Assembly: GCA_963664875.1 (NCBI GenBank)
Contig: OY761611.1
Coordinates: 3,232,001-3,296,000, forward strand
Direction: 5' to 3'
Source of the DNA: Candidatus Kapaibacterium sp.
GTDB taxonomy: Bacteria > Bacteroidota > Ignavibacteria > Kapaibacteriales > UBA2268
Length of the DNA stretch: 64,000 nt
In this document: piece after piece, positions 10,021-24,300 of the stretch
How positions within the stretch are numbered: the stretch's first letter is position 1
Layout of the letters: every line of letters begins with the position of its first letter
Notes under the pieces: model-generated
Database searches by the model: none
Told to the model about the DNA's origin: nothing
What the model saw: only the letters and a program-made list of their open reading frames with translations
Translations under genes and position numbers: made by a program

Positions 10021-10674
10021 ATGGAAATTTTTAGTGAAGAAAACCCTCTTAGAATTATATTAGCTGATGACCACGAAGTAGTCCGAGCAGGTTTGCGTAG
10101 GATACTGTCAATTGATAAATCTATAAAAATCATGGGTGAAGCCTCTAACGGTGCAGAAGCAGTCGAGCTGGTAAAATATCACAAACCTGATGTGGCTCTT
10201 CTGGATATACTTATGCCAGTGCAATCAGGAATAGAAGCAACTGAGGCAATCAAAAAATTAGTACCAGAGACATTGATTCTGATGTTGACTGCCTTTGAAG
10301 ATTCGCAACACGTAGAGCTTGCTGTGGCAGCAGGTGCTGACGGATATCTAACTAAAGATATCGACGCCAAAGAGCTTGTTCGCTCTATACACAGACTAAT
10401 CAAAGGCGAAAGGGTATTCAGCAAAAATATAATCAATATAATACAGAAGAAGTATATACCCGATTACGACACAACACCCGAAGCGATAGTAATCACAAAA
10501 CGTGAGCAGCAGGTACTTAATTTGGTTGCGGTCGGCAAAACTTCAGCAGAAATAGCAGATGAATTAAATGTTTCAATAAGGACTGTAGAATCACACAGAT
10601 ATAATCTGATGCAAAAACTCGGAGTAAAAAACACTGCAGGATTAGTTAGGTATGCTGTACTTAAAAGTACTTAG
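10021..10674 (+). CDS. NarL/FixJ-family response regulator (REC + LuxR HTH)
   Basis: ILADDHEVVRAG, LLDILMP, GYLTK; ITKREQQVL...TSAEIADELNVSIRTVESHRYNLMQKL. Confidence 0.95.
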   Translation: MEIFSEENPLRIILADDHEVVRAGLRRILSIDKSIKIMGEASNGAEAVELVKYHKPDVALLDILMPVQSGIEATEAIKKLVPETLILMLTAFEDSQHVELAVAAGADGYLTKDIDAKELVRSIHRLIKGERVFSKNIINIIQKKYIPDYDTTPEAIVITKREQQVLNLVAVGKTSAEIADELNVSIRTVESHRYNLMQKLGVKNTAGLVRYAVLKST

Positions 10675-10698
10675 CAAATGTTACGTAGTCTGCAAAAT

Positions 10699-10745
10699 TA
10701 GGTAGTATTACCTATTTTATCCTTGTATTGTAGTTACTATTTTTG
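10699..10745 (+). promoter_or_regulatory. Putative operator palindrome TAGGTA-N4-TACCTA plus -7 box TATTTTTG
   Basis: Perfect 6-4-6 inverted repeat at 10699-10714 and TAnnTTTG at 10738-10745, directly after the regulator gene and before the surface-protein cluster. Confidence 0.55.
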
Positions 10746-10888
10746 TAATGTCAGTAATTATTGTTCCTCTAAGTCAAAATTGCTGAAAACAAATAAAATT
10801 TTAGTCTATCTTAAATGGTGAATATAATTAGTGGCACGGTTTTTCGTCCATGTGTGTATTACTAAAACTACAAATCGGATAAATAGTG

Positions 10889-12376
10889 ATGAATAAGATA
10901 TTTACAGCTTTTATATTGTCTTTTTTTATGAGTGCATTGGCACATTCGCAGACGGAAAATGTAGGGATAGGCACTAACTCTCCGGACAATTCCGCCGTGT
11001 TGCATGTAGCTTTTGATGCCATCACCGGACCAAAAGGTTTGCTTATTCCTCGCATGTCCACTGCTCAAAGAACGTCAATTCCGGCACCTTTAGCAAACGG
11101 ACTTCTAATCTTTAATACTGATAATAATCAATTCGAATTTTACAACTCGTCAACAACAAGTTGGTTGCCTTTGCTAAGTACAAGTAATTTGGCCCTCCCT
11201 TCAGGTAATATTTTTGTCGGCAACGGATCAAATATTGCAACTGCAGTTTCTATGAGTGGCGACGCCGTGATTACAAATACAGGTGTGCTGACCATTCAGG
11301 ATAATTCAATCGACGGTAGCGATATTTCTATAGCTGGCGAAGCACTTGGCTCTTTAGCATATTATAATGGTACCGACTGGGTTACTCTTGCTGCAGGGAA
11401 TAATGGGGACTTACTTGCTGTTTCTGCAGGCGTACCCGCATGGCAGAATGATAATTCCGTATCTGCTACTCTCAGTGCAGGTAATATATATGTCGGTAAC
11501 GCAACAAATGTTGCCACCGGAGTCGCAATGAGTGGCGATATTTTAATGGATGCAACCGGGCTTACAACTATTCAGGATGGTTCAGTTGATGGTAATGATT
11601 TGAGTTTGGCAGCTCAGGCGAGTGGTTCTCTCACTTACTATAACGGGACAGAATGGGTAACTCTTGGAGTAGGTACAGATGGACAGTTTCTTTCTTTGTC
11701 AGGTGGCGGTGTTCCTGTCTGGGCAGATGTTGCAGGCGGGAGTGGAAGCTTAAATGATGCATATACAAACGGACAGTCTATAACCTTGGCTCCTGCAAAT
11801 GGGAGTGTAGTTATAGCCGGTACTCTCGATGGTGATGCTGCACTTGAGCTTTCTAACAATGGTACAAATGGTATTGGTTTATTAGTAACCGACGGACTTT
11901 CAAGGTTTGGCAATACATATACAGTTACTCAGGCTACAGGCACAGGAGATTTAGTAGTTGATAATGTTTTAGAAGTTGGTGCTGATGTTTATCTTCCCAA
12001 TACTCAAGTTGCACCAAATTTAAATAACGTGTCAATAGTAGTTGATAACGTAACCGGTATTTTATACAAAGAAGTTTCTTCTCGTCGCTATAAAGATAAT
12101 ATCAAAGAATATAAATTTGCTTTCGATAGAGTTTTAGATGCATCTGTGAAAGAATATACCATAAAAGGTAGCAAAGCAAAGCAGATTGGTCTTATTGCGG
12201 AAGAGTTGGACTCACTTGGGCTCAAATACCTCGTTGCCTACGACAAAGACGGCAGACCTGATGCGGTTCATTACTCTAAAGTGTCTTTATATCTATTAGA
12301 AGTAGTAAAACAACAGCAAAAAGAAATAGAATCTTTACGCTCAGAAATAGAAAGTATCAAAGAAAAGATTAAATAG
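10889..12376 (+). CDS. Secreted tail-fibre-like protein with C-terminal S74 intramolecular chaperone domain
   Basis: Signal peptide (AHS|Q), VGIGTNSPD..KGLLIPRM head, two ~85-aa repeats, C-terminal SSRRYKDNI..IGLIAEEL..VHYSK..LLEVVKQQQKEIESL coiled coil. No T9SS CTD. Confidence 0.8.
   Translation: MNKIFTAFILSFFMSALAHSQTENVGIGTNSPDNSAVLHVAFDAITGPKGLLIPRMSTAQRTSIPAPLANGLLIFNTDNNQFEFYNSSTTSWLPLLSTSNLALPSGNIFVGNGSNIATAVSMSGDAVITNTGVLTIQDNSIDGSDISIAGEALGSLAYYNGTDWVTLAAGNNGDLLAVSAGVPAWQNDNSVSATLSAGNIYVGNATNVATGVAMSGDILMDATGLTTIQDGSVDGNDLSLAAQASGSLTYYNGTEWVTLGVGTDGQFLSLSGGGVPVWADVAGGSGSLNDAYTNGQSITLAPANGSVVIAGTLDGDAALELSNNGTNGIGLLVTDGLSRFGNTYTVTQATGTGDLVVDNVLEVGADVYLPNTQVAPNLNNVSIVVDNVTGILYKEVSSRRYKDNIKEYKFAFDRVLDASVKEYTIKGSKAKQIGLIAEELDSLGLKYLVAYDKDGRPDAVHYSKVSLYLLEVVKQQQKEIESLRSEIESIKEKIK
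11195..11722 (+). repeat. Two intragenic ~85-aa repeats in the fibre protein
   Basis: LPSGNIFVGNGSNIATAVSMSGD..TIQD.S.DG.D....GSL.YYNGT.WVTL..G..G..L....GVP.W occurs starting at about 11195 and about 11471. Confidence 0.85.
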
Positions 12377-12398
12377 TACTTTTTGCACAAAAAAAAAT

Positions 12399-15300
12399 AT
12401 GCTAAAAAACAAAATAATATATATAATCATTATTTTGCTTATGCCTTTAGGTTTTCTCCAAGGCCAGAGCAATTTGATAAATCTTGGAAATAACGCCGTT
12501 GTTTCCGTGAGGGATAATGCCCTTATAAAAGTCAATGGCAATATAGTTGTTTCCACAGGTGCTGCTTTGACTGAAACTGGAGACAGCCGTATAAATGTAA
12601 CAGGTGACCTTGAAAATAACGGAACAATAGACTCCGATGCCGGCGAAATATCGTTTGTTGGTGCAGGCGATAGTGAAATCAAAGGAAGTGTCTCGCCAAA
12701 TTTGAATGATGTAACTTTAAATAAAGACAACTCTACAGACAATCTTTTTCTTGATAACAATGCAAATCTTACCGGAGATTTATCTGTAAATTCCGGTATT
12801 TTCCAGTTTGTCAATACTCAGGCAAGAGCACTCGATGTAGATGGGAGCTTGTCCATAGCGGCTGCAGGTCAGATAAATGTGCAGTCTTCTTTCAGGACGC
12901 ACAATTTCAATCTCGCAGGCAATTTGACTAACAACGGCATTTTAGACTTCCATGTTTTAAATGGCAACGTAACTCTCACTTTTGATGGCTCAGGAAATTC
13001 TATTATATCGGGTACGGGAGCTACAACTGATTTTGCATCCATTATTGTCAATAAGGCAAATCCTACTGACGAGGTACAGGTATCTCCTGCTGGTCAAAAT
13101 TTGACTAATTTCAATGCGATAGATGGATTTCTTACTTTGACACAGGGTATATTCCATTTTCTTGGTCAAGGTGTACTTTCCTTTACGAATTCGTTTTTTA
13201 CTCCGTCTGCCAATCTTTATTATGTACCTTCAGGTAGTGGACTTTGGATTGAAAATACAGGAGTAACTGTTTCTGCTCAAGATGCATCTTTAGTTCTTGG
13301 TGGATTGCTCCGCATGAATGGTGGTAACTTTAATGTTGGTGCCGGTAGCTCAGAAAGAAGTATATTTTATACCGACGGTTCAGAGTTGCATTTAGAAGCA
13401 GGGAATATATATATAAGTAATGCATTATGCCGTGATTTACTTCAGGATAATTCTGCAATTACTTTTACAATGTCGGGTGGCGACTTAAGCCTTGGCTATA
13501 ACAGGGCTGTTGTGAATACCCGTGCAATATTCGATATAGGCTATTCAAATTCGACATTCAACTGGTCAGGTGGTGATATTACCTTACCATTGAATTCAGG
13601 TATTTTTGCAAATGGCGATTTTTATGTAAAAACTGTAAACGGTACCGTAACAGGCGGTAGATTAGTAATCGAATCAGCCACTGCAAACGACCTTTTGCAA
13701 CAGTTCTCCATAAACAGCGATATGCCTATAGGCGAATTGCTAATGACTACAGATAATAACCCAAGAGTTGATTTATTAGATGACTTGGTTGTGCTGGGTA
13801 ATGTTACATTAACCAATAGAGCTATAAGAGCTTCTTCTTATTCTCTTACCGTTGGTGGACAGTGGATAAATAATTCTGCAACTCCGGCTTCATTTGATTA
13901 CGGCTCGGGGAATGTAATCTTTAACGGTTCAACAGATCAGACCATAGGCGGTTCACAAAGTACTGATTTTAATCAGCTTTCTGCCAACAAAACCGGTGGA
14001 AACCTTATTCTAAATCATGATGTGAATATTGCTTCTGCTTTGAGATTGGTTTCGAATACTATCTTAGATATGCAGTCAAATGATATTACTATTGCTCAGG
14101 GAGCTGATATCTTTTCAGATTTTTCTACAAATCAGGATTTTTCTGACACTAAATATATTATGAATTCAGGTGGTGCAACAGGTGGTAGGCTTATAAGAAA
14201 TCTTCAGAACAATCCTACTCTCCCTATGTCCGAGTTTATAATATTCCCTGTTGGTACTCCCGGGGCATATACATTTGCATGGGTCAGACTTTTAAGCGGT
14301 ACTTACAATTCTAATCCGGGAATTATAGTCCGACCGATAGCACAAGAGCATCCGCAAGTAAAGAAAAACAATGTCTCGCTCACAAAGTACTGGGAAATTT
14401 CTACATTTGGTAATTTCTCGCCCGGAGTAGAGGGCACTACACTAAGATTCCTTTATGATCAGGCAGAAGTGCAGGGCTCAGAAGGTAACTATCACATTAT
14501 CAAGTACCTTGGTGGTGGCTGGGACTTTGATCCGGCTTTGAGTAATAATATTGATTTTGGTAATAATTTTATCAAACCTGAACGATTTTCTAATGATATT
14601 TCAGGGGATTGGACTGCGGGCGAAGAAGACGCAGTAGCCGCAAAATATTACAGCATTGCTGATGGCAACTTCAGCGATCCTAATACATGGTCTCGAACTT
14701 CTTATGGTGATTTGACTCCTGCTACGACTGCACCAAACAGTAATACAGATTTGGTATTTATCGGAGATGGGAAAACAGTTACTCTTACTGCAAATACTTC
14801 GGCTGCAAGAAGAATTCAAATCGACAGTACCGGTACTCTAATGTGCAATGACTATTTAGTAAGTTCAACTGTAGATACTTTACTACTGAAAGCAGGTGGC
14901 GGCATTGGTATTGGACATTCCGGTAGTATTGCATTATCTGCAAATGACGGTAATGTACGTGCAGGTTACAGATTCTACAGCGATGATGCAATGTACATTT
15001 TTACCGGTAACAATAACCAAAGTGTAAGAGATATTCCTGCGAGAGTAAGTGCATTAGTATTAAATAAGACTCAAAACTCAAATATTGTTACCTTGAATAA
15101 GAGTATCGTTATAGGCGACTCTTTAATCATTAACGAAGGTACTTTAGATCAGGTTAATGACAGCTACTTTATAGATGGCGAAGCCCCGGGTAAATTCTTT
15201 ACTATGCGTGGCGGAACTCTTATACTTAAAGATGAATTTCCAACTAACTACCTTCCTGCAACTATGGAAGGCGGTACGCTTGATTTCTTCGGGATTTCCG

Positions 15301-18300
15301 GCATCAATGTTCCGAGCAATACCAGCAGTCCTGCTGTTTTAAGATACAATAATCTGACTTTCAGAGGTAACAGAGGTTATAATAAAATTACCTTTAGTCC
15401 TTCTGGTCAAATCAATATTGCCGGAAATCTAAGTATCACCGGAGCAACATTTTCCAACTTCCCTGAGACATGGATTGCTACAAACGGCTCGACCATTGCA
15501 TTTATCGGTGACGGCAATCAGAATATACCAAGACTTTCAGGATTAAATAATCAATGGGGAAGATTGAATTACTATAATCTTGTTATTGGCGGAACAGGTG
15601 TAAAAACTATCAATGATAATATTGATTATGTAGTTACAAATAATCTTACCATCAATTCTGCCACTTTAAGAATGGCAAATGGTGGAAACGAATTAGAAGT
15701 TTACGGGAACTGGTTAAATACCGGTGGTGGTTTTGATTATGGAAGCAATCAGACCGTTATATTTAAAACTATAAGCGGCGACGAAAACACTATTGCTCCG
15801 AACAATGTTCCATTCTACAGAGTTGAAATTGACGGTGCAGGTACTGCAAGATTTATTGATGAAATGACCGTTGAAAATGAGATTCAAATCAATTCCGGTG
15901 CTACTTTCGCAGGCGGTAATGCTGCAACCTTACATGTACTTGGGTTGTGGGATAATAATGGTAATCAATTCTCTCCGGGCAATTCGACTGTTTCATTCGA
16001 TGGTAATGCTGCCCAGATTATAGATATAGCAAACTCAACAGAAGAAAAATTTTATAATTTGACAATTAATTCCGGAAACAATGTAGGAGCTTTTACAAAT
16101 GGTACTCCTACTGCAAACAGACTTTGGGTAGAAAACAATCTTCATTTGGAGCGAGGTTATCTATATTTACCAAATTCAGATGATTATATAAGAGTTGATG
16201 GCAACGCTACCCGCAATGCAACCAATAACAGCTCTGCTTTTGTGCATGGTAATTACAGACAATATATTGAAAGAGATGCTGCCACTTATTTCATTCCTGT
16301 AGGTTACGAAGCAGGAACTGATGCATTTACCGGAATTGAATTAGAAATGACCGGCACAGGTGGCACAGAAGGATATTTGAATATTTATACTGACAATGTA
16401 GCTGCTAACTCACCTCGATTCAATGAAATAGACAGGAAATGGGAAATAACGATTCCAACCGGCTCTACTTTTGACCTTGGGGTTAGAAATTATGATGTGA
16501 TTTTTAATTTCCATCCTAATGATGCTGTAGGATTCAATACTGCTGTGTTTGAGACAAGAAGAAGAACTGACGGTATTAACTGGATAGCTCCAAATACCGG
16601 GGTTAGAACTGCAACTTCAACTGAGTCTCTAAATAATAATACTCTTGCCGCTATTGGTGGAGTTACAGAATTTATTGTAGGTGAATCATCTTATTCAATC
16701 TTCTATTCTGTTAATAATGGTAACTGGTCTAATCCTGCTACATGGTCAACAGTTGGTTGGGGAGGTGCTCCTGAGGCAGTTGTTACTCCATTATCTACAG
16801 ACAGCATTAGGATTGCAGATGGTTATACTGTAACATTAGATGTCAATTTTACTATAGACATTGACAAAGCGGTAGTGGTTGAAACTGCAGGTTTGACAAA
16901 TACTCCCGGCAAGTTAGAATTAGGGACAAATCAGATAAATGGTACAGGTGCATTTGTTGTCAAATCCGGTGGTATTCTCGGAATAGGCGATGCAAATGGT
17001 GTTACAGCAGCTTCAGCAAGTGGAAATATCAGAACTTCTATAAGAGATTACAACTACAACAATGCAAATAAATCATATTTTGTATATAACGGAAATGTAG
17101 CGCAGGTAACAGGTGACGGGATTCCCGATGTTGTTGGCGGATTAGTCGCAAATTCTTCAGTGGGAGTTACTCTATCTAAAGCTGTTGCTGTAGCCGATAG
17201 CTTCCTTATTCAATCGAATTATTTAGATGCAAGTGCTTCTAATTACAAACTTACGATAGGTGCGAACTGGATAAACCAAGGCACTTTTGTTCCTCGAGCC
17301 GGCACTGTCGAATTTAACGGTTCTGTCGGAAAAGAGATTACAAATACAAATATCGAAACATTTTATAATCTGATTATCAATAAAGCATCCGGAAATGTTA
17401 CTATCACTGACAACAGTGTTACTGTAACTAACAATCTAACCTTTACCAAAGGCAACTTAGATGCTCGAACTTACAGTCAGTTTGTAACTATAGATAATGG
17501 AGCAACTGTAAACAGAACCTCCGGTCATGTTGATGGAGAACTAAGAAAGTACTTAGCAACGGGCGATTTGCCGGTAGCTACCTACGAAGTAGGATTTGGT
17601 ACAGATTATACTCCTGTTGTTATTGATGTAAACGGTACGGGAGGCACTGCAGGTTTCGCAGGAGTAATATCCAATGACGGAGATCATCCTCAGTTTTTAA
17701 CTGCCGCACTCAACCCATCCAAAAATGTCCAGAGATATTGGTCTGTGAATACATACGGTTTTGACCTCGGTGCAGGCAGAACTTATGATATTACTTTAAA
17801 TTATCTTTATCCTGATGATATTAGAGGCGGGGCAGATCCTAATCTCTTTGAAGTGAGAAGATATAATCTCGGCTGGAATATACCGACTACAGGTATTAGA
17901 ACCAACTCATCAACACAGGGAACAGGAATAACTGATTTTGGTATAGATTTTATGGTAGGCGAACCGGGTGGAAGCGGTAGAGTGTTTTATTCTATTGCCT
18001 CAGGCGCTTGGAATACTGTCGGGAACTGGTCTGAAATAGGCTACGGCGGTGTAGCTTCTGCTAATTTCCCTGACTTAAATACAGATATTGTTTTTATAGG
18101 TGATAACAAATATATCGATTTGGATGCAAGCAGACAGCTGACTGCACTTACAGTTGAGAACGGTGGGAAGATTAATTTCTCCACGAATGTAATTACAGGC
18201 ACACAGTTTACATTGAAAAAAGATGGTATCATCGAAGTCGCTTCTGCTTCAGGCATTACAAATGCAACAGCTGCAGGCAATGTTCAAACTTCCATAAGAA

Positions 18301-21300
18301 ACTATAATCACTCAAATCATAATTCAGCAAGAATTATCTATTCAGGTAATGCAGCTACCACAGGTGATGGTATTCCAACTGCTTTAGCAGATGTGATTTT
18401 CAATACAAGTGGAACTATATTGCTTGAAAAGGACATTACAGTATCCGATTCTGTTTTGATTAGTTCAGGTACACTTTCTGCAAATAACTTTGATATTACT
18501 TTGAGTGGCAATTTTGTAAATAACTCTGGCTTTGTTCCTACAGCTTCGTCACTTATGTTTGAAGGTGGCAATACTCAATATTTGACAGGAAGTTCTGCCT
18601 CAGATTTGAATATATTAGAGCTCAACAAATCAGCAGGCAATCTTAATCTTGGCAATGATATTACAATAGCCTCGAATATCAATTTTACGAGCAACACTAA
18701 AATTATTCTGAATCAGAATGATATTACTATTGCTCCAAATGCCTTAATATTAGGTACTTCGCTTGGCTCAAACCAAATGATAGTTGCAGATGGTACTCTG
18801 ACTTCAGGTAGAATCATAAAGCTTTTTGCAGATGGCATTGCTGCTACAAGGAATATAGATATTCCGTTAGGAATTGGTAATGCTTACTACGGTGTTGAAA
18901 TAGATTTAGTAGCAGACTTTAGCTCTGCTCAGATGGATATCCGAGTAATAAACGGAAAGCATCCAAACAGAAGAGCAGGCTACGAAAATGTACTCAATAA
19001 ATATTGGACTATCAATACAAGTGGTATTTCAAATATACAAGAAGTTGCAGGTACAAATTATAAATTCAATTATCTACCGAGTGATGTAAATGGCACAGCT
19101 GCGTTATACGGTGCTGCCAGATATACAGGTTTTGGCTGGGATATAGATCTTGGAGCTACTTCTTCTGCCACCCCTTCACCAATAGATATTAAACAATATC
19201 AAACTCTAAATGGAGAGTGGACAGCAGGCTATCCAAATTCATTTAGATCCGGACAGATATACTATTCAATCGGCACAGGCGATTGGGACAATAACTTAGT
19301 TTGGTCTAATGTGTCACATTCCGGGGATGCGTCTCGTTTCTATCCGGGTAGATTGGAAAATGACACTGTATATATAGCCTCGAATGATTTGATATATTAT
19401 AATGTTTCCTCTTCTACGATTGGTATTTTGTCAATTGGTGATGGTTCACAAGGGCGATTAGATTTTAATGATTCACAAGATCAATCTCTTAGAATCAAAG
19501 AGGATTTTATTGTTGGAACATCAGGTCAGATGGAACAGTATAGTTCCGGCAATAGAAGAGATACTATTTATATCGAAGGTAATATTACTAATAATTCTAC
19601 CACATTAGTTAATTTTGACCATGGCGGTTCGGATTACACAATTCTCAAAATAGTAGGAACCGGCAATACGATAGTTTCAGGTACAGGGAATTGGAATTTT
19701 TACGATGTCTATCTTAACAAAACCGGAGGTCTTGCAGACACTCTTATCAATCAATCTTCCGGCTTCACCAATCAATTAGACTCTGATATTGACAATGGTA
19801 GATTTTTCTATCTGCAGTCAGGTGTCTTTAGGCATGATATAAATCTTTCTCTTCGTTTAGATGATAATAATATTACAAATGATCAGAACACATGGCCTGA
19901 TCCAGACCCCTTAGATTTCAGAATGGGTGATAATGCCGGTATAGATGTTAAACAAGGTACTATTCGTATCTGGGATGATTTGCACGCCGGCACAAACAAT
20001 AGCTTTTTGATAGATGGTGGCAGTCTTCTTGTGGGAAATGGTAATAACGAAAACTTTGTATATGGATTAAATAATAAGTTTGAAATCAGAAGCGGCACGT
20101 TTACAGTTCCAGCATGCTTCACACCAATTGTTGACCCTACTACTTATGAACCGCAGGGCACTTTGGATATGATAATAGCCGGCGGAACTATAACTGTTAT
20201 GGATATTTACTCCAATCAGACCAGAAACATTTATGGATTTGGTTTGCTTCAAAGTTCTTCTTTGACTTGGACCGGAGGAACTCTTATTTATTCTAATCCT
20301 ACAAATGGTGGTTTTGACTACGTTGTAAAAACGGGTACTTGGAGTGTTACAGGAGGGACTCTGCAGTTTGGTGAGCCGGGTAACTGGTTAGGTGCCGGAC
20401 AGAGACACTCTTGGGGCTCTGTAACTCCGGTTTACAACCTAGTGATTAACGAATGTCGCCAGAGTAGCACCGGTAACTATAGTTCGTGTATCCTTGTTGA
20501 AAACGATAATAATGTCCTCAATGATGTAATAATTGAAAGTAATGGTGTTTTGGATTTAGATGGTAATAATCTCTTTGTACAAGGTAATTTTATCAACAAT
20601 GGTAGATTTACTACTGATGGCAGGGAATGGAATTCGGGTGGTACAAAAACAGTTACTTTGAATGGTACAGGTGACCAAATATTCCAAAATGCAAATAACT
20701 ATGTAAACGCTCAATCTTCAAGCTCTATGAATAATGAGCCTTTTTATAACTTGGTTATTGATAAGCCTTCCGGTAATGTTATTCTTGGGGATTATGCAAA
20801 TTCCTATTTGAATATTAGAAATACTCTGATATTTGCTGAGAACAACACTGCTGTCATAGAGGCAAGAACAAACAGTCATTATGTTGCGATGACACCTCGA
20901 AGCTCTTCCGGTGATTTGGAAGAAGTAACAAGGCTGGGTCTTGGGCATGTAGATGGTACATTAATTCGCAATTTTTACAATGGTTCTGTAGATTACAGAT
21001 ACTTCTATGTCGGTGCAGGAGATGATTATACACCTGCGGAAGTAGAATTTAACGGTTCTTTTACAAGTGGTCCGATAGATGTTACGGCATTTGGCACTGA
21101 TCCTGCCGGATTGCCTGATAATGATGAAGATATTGATTTGACCAGAAATATTCAACGTTATTGGAGTGTTGAGGATAATGGCTCGTTCAATCTTGGCTCG
21201 GCTGATTTTGATTTGACTTTGCATTTTATAAATCCTACTGACTTTAGAAACAGTTCCAACTGGACTCTTTATAAACACTTTAGATTTCCTTTACCTCCGG

Positions 21301-24300
21301 GCCCTGCTCCGGTTAATTATGTGCAGTTAGATAATGTAGTCAGAACAGACACAACTACAAAATCGCTTGCTAATACCATATTTGGCAACTATATGATTGC
21401 CGAGCTTACAGGTACAAGATTTTATTCCATAGCTAATGGTGCGTGGGATGATCCTGCAACTTGGTCTAAAGCAGGCTATGGAGGTGTTCAGGAAACAATT
21501 GACTATCCGAATGATACAGGCGATGAAGCTTATATCGGAGATGGATTTACAGTTACTTTATCTAATCTTGTTCCTAATATCAAATCGACTGTTGTCGAAA
21601 CTCATAACGGTAAGCCGGGCTATCTTCAGATTGCTGACGATGCATGGGTAACAGGTCAATCTTTTGTCTTGAAAGACAGTTGCTATCTTGCGACTCAGCA
21701 TAATACAGGTTTGCAACCTGTAGGGATAAATGATGGATCAGTCAGAACTGTAGAAAGGATATTCGGAGTAGGGCACTATATCTTTAATTCCGATGTTGAC
21801 TTCCAGGTGACCGGTAACGCTCTACCTGACTTTATGCTTTCGTTTACAGTCAATAACACTGCTCCTTCAATTGGATTTAGAGTAGTTACAAATAATAACT
21901 CCAACGAGATTACCATATTTGATAGTTTAAATGTTGTTTCCGGTATGTTAGATGCCGGCAGCGGAATCGAAGCATTTAGTATCCGCGGAGGTATGTATTT
22001 TGGTGCTATGTCTGATTTGAGGACAAATACCAGAGTGTTTGATATCGAGGGCAACAGAACTCAATATATTACTTTAGATAAAGACGATAGCATCAGATTC
22101 AGACAGTTGAATATATATAAAACTTCTGCCCCTGATTCTGTTATCGTTTCTGCACTTGGCGATGACTCACACATCAGAGTTACAAACCGTCTTCGATTTG
22201 GTGGTGGCAACCGTGCTTTTATCAAAGTTCTTAATGATTCGCGTATCGTGATAAACGAAGGTGCATCTTTAGAACGTTTAGGAGCTACTCCATTTGGACA
22301 TATTGATGGCTATTTATCTAAGCCTATCGCTGCTGCTGCAGTTAATCAACAATTTGAAATCGGTTATGGTCTATCCTATGCTCCTGCTACTATACTATTA
22401 GATGCAGGCACTACCGGAGGCACTTACGGATTCCTAAATGCAAGAAATATTATGCCTGTACCTGATGAACCTTTCTATGGTAATAGAATGGATCCTAATG
22501 TCAGAGTACCAAGGTATTGGAATATTATAGCAGATCCTGATAACGGAATGCTGATGGGAGACAGAGAGCTCAATATTAGATTTGAAATGCCTTTGGCTGA
22601 AGCTGCTCTAATCAATCAGAATAACGGCGTTATCAGAAGAAGATCTATACCTACAGAAGTACCGGAATGGCAAGACAGAAGAGAAATTGACCTTGTATGG
22701 AGTCTTACAACTGTCGGTACAGTAGAATTGAAATCTAATCCGACTCAAAGCTGGCCGGGATTTGGTGACTTTTTCATTGGTGAAAAAGCCGCAAGGATAT
22801 TTTACAGCCAAGGCACTGGCGTTTGGAACGACCATAATTCTTGGGCTTTTGATGCTGCGGGTACTATTCCTGTTCCTGCCGGTGAATTCCCTAATCCTGA
22901 TTGGGATAGCCCTGAACTCTTTGAATTTGAATATAGAGATTCTGTAGTTATTCAAAATACTGATGTTATTACTCTAAATACTCAACCTCAGCTTGCTTAT
23001 GTTGACTTTAAAGATGACGGCAAGCTCGTAATAAGCCCGAACACATTTTTATCTCAAAGTGTTAGAGGCGAAAGTACTTTCAATATGGGTGATAATTTTA
23101 CTCTCGAGCTCAGAACTCCTGATGGAATAGAACCTTACACAGACGGAGGTGCCGGAGATGGTGTAGTCAGATTTGAAAACAGAACTTTCGAGCCGACTGT
23201 GAACTTTGGTTTTGCAGGTAATGGCAGTCACTACTTTGGTAGTGCATTCCCTGATGTGGTTAATAACATTTATGTAGATTCGGAAGGCGATGCTACATCT
23301 ATAACTGCCATAGCTCCTAAAGATGTTTCGATAAACGGCTCTCTTGACTTAATTTCAGGTAATCTCAGACCAAGGGATGCTTCAAGTGCTTTGCATTTTG
23401 CAGGAGATATTACTCTTGCTGCCGGGACAAGCTTTGATGCGACTCTTGACTATCTAAATAATCCGGTAACTACCACAAATTATATAGAAGGTAGTGGTGC
23501 AACTAATCAGACTATTTCAGGTGACGGATTTCTTGTGTTTAGTAATCTTGAGATGAATAGAGGAGCAGGCACAGGACTGCTTTATGCTGATAAAAGTCTC
23601 GAAATTGCAGGCGTTTTAGATATGCGTTCCGGAACAAATGCTAACCCGCAAATATTTGAAATAGGGAACAATGGAAATGTAAGCGTCAGCTCTGCAAATC
23701 CAAATGCGATAGTAGATTTTGGTGCAAATAATTATATACGAACTTCTGAAACTTCCGGTTCGCTCTGTAGAGAGATCACTACCGGAGAGACTTATGTATT
23801 TCCGCTTGGCTCATTAGATGCAGGTAGCAGCAACTATACGCCTGCTAACTTGATTTCCGGTGTGTCCGGCAATAACGGACAGGTATGTGTTCGCACATCA
23901 AGAGGCGCTCATGCCACTCTTGCAGGAGGGCATTCTGAATTGCCTGTAGAAAGGACGGAAGACTACCTTGCTCGCTACTGGGCAGTAACGGGAGTTACTA
24001 CTGATATTAGCGGAAGGTGGAATTTCAACTATGACAATAGTGACATTAGGACAGACGAAGCCAATATTGTCAGCATCGGCAGATGGAGCAATCCTTTTGA
24101 GACTACTCCGGGATCATGGCTTGCTGTGAGCGGCACTGTTAGCTTTGCTTCTAATATCTTTGATACTGATATAGAAATACCAAGTACTGATTTTGCAGGC
24201 GACTGGACAGCTGCAAATGAAGGTGCTTTCCGTTCAATTTTCTACAGCAGACAGTCCGGACTCTGGTCAAATGAGAACAGTTGGACTTATGCTAAAGATC

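Noticed and set aside
10889-12376. Prophage suggested by the tail-fibre/S74 domain
   Set aside because: The protein has a Sec signal peptide, and no capsid, terminase, integrase or other phage genes are in the window.
12389-12397. A9 tract just before the giant gene start as a phase-variation switch
   Set aside because: Outside the reading frame, and A-runs of this length are common in this AT-rich sequence.
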